Assembly: GCA_051362555.1 (NCBI GenBank)
Contig: CM120645.1
Span: 11,718,001 to 11,782,000 of the forward strand
Reading direction: 5' to 3'
Length of the DNA: 64,000 nucleotides
Origin: Lingula anatina
Lineage: Eukaryota; Animalia; Brachiopoda
Shown: piece by piece, positions 63,288 through 64,000 of the stretch
Layout: every line of letters begins with the position of its first letter
Position numbering within the stretch: the first letter of the stretch is position 1
Position numbers and translations under genes: made by a program
Notes under the pieces: generated by a model
Database searches by the model: none
Told to the model about the DNA's origin: nothing
Seen by the model: only the letters and a program-made list of their open reading frames with translations

Positions 63288-64000
63288 ACTGGATGAATAA
63301 AAACGAGTCTTATTTGTCCAACTTCGAGTCATTTCATCCTAAAACACCCCTAAAATCGAATAAAGTGAACCTATATCACGCTCTAGAGATGTTATACGGA
63401 ATAAACTCGTCCACGTGCGCTGGTCACCTCCCGCCAAATTCTTACGTAATGTCTGACCAATTTGGTCAATTTTTGCTAAATACTTGTCGTGGACGTTCAA
63501 CTGGCTTGAAAGGTATTTAATCAACCGTCGACACTGACCATGCGCGTCTCGGCTGAGCCACACCTAGCTGGGACTGCTGCGGAAAAAGGGTTCCAAGGCA
63601 AAACCTCTACTTTTTAGTGACATTTCTGATAAACAAGGAGCGTCGGAATGGAATATATATAATTTTTCACAAGTGCAAAGGAGAAAGAAATTTACTTTTT
63701 GGTGATATTTCTGACAGTTTCGGAATATAGTCAAAATCAAATGGATGTTTATTTCAAGTCCACAGGAGTAATAATTTTACGTTTTGGTGACATTTTTTAC
63801 TACGAGGCGGTTTCGGAATATGCATGTGCTAGTTTTCATAGCATTCATGTGCTACATGTAATTACAAGTTCAAAGGGGGGATATATTTGATTTTTACCGA
63901 TATATCTGATAAAGAGGAAGAATTAACAGCTTAAAAACAAAAGGTAAATAACACAACCCTCGTTAAAAAGTTATAGATTTACAAATAATTTGTCTGCACG

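Overview
AT-rich eukaryotic (invertebrate, mollusc/lophotrochozoan-like by its repeat families; inference) genomic window dominated by transposable elements. Two host loci can be assembled from splice sites and reading phases. (1) A five-exon gene (13830-48608, +, about 665 aa) for a predicted type I membrane protein with the order signal peptide - somatomedin B - SRCR - long (GPP-GTG)n collagen-like region - stalk - TM - short tail. Its single SRCR domain is split by a 30.7-kb intron filled with nested elements: Harbinger/PIF, Tc1/mariner, two L1/Tx1-type LINEs, Helentron-type satellite carriers, and Zator-like and ISL2EU-like MITEs. (2) A tandem cluster of secreted prepropeptide genes (two intact, one decayed exon; 54447-59693). 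Each intact gene encodes a KR-processed, 6-Cys, Gly-terminated 93-aa mature peptide that I cannot assign to a known family. Near the right end is a 1.1-kb non-coding unit of two abutting near-perfect palindromes. Its centre is the reverse complement of its own end-to-end junction, a geometry like the DIRS internal complementary region. All calls were made by eye; no database search was run.
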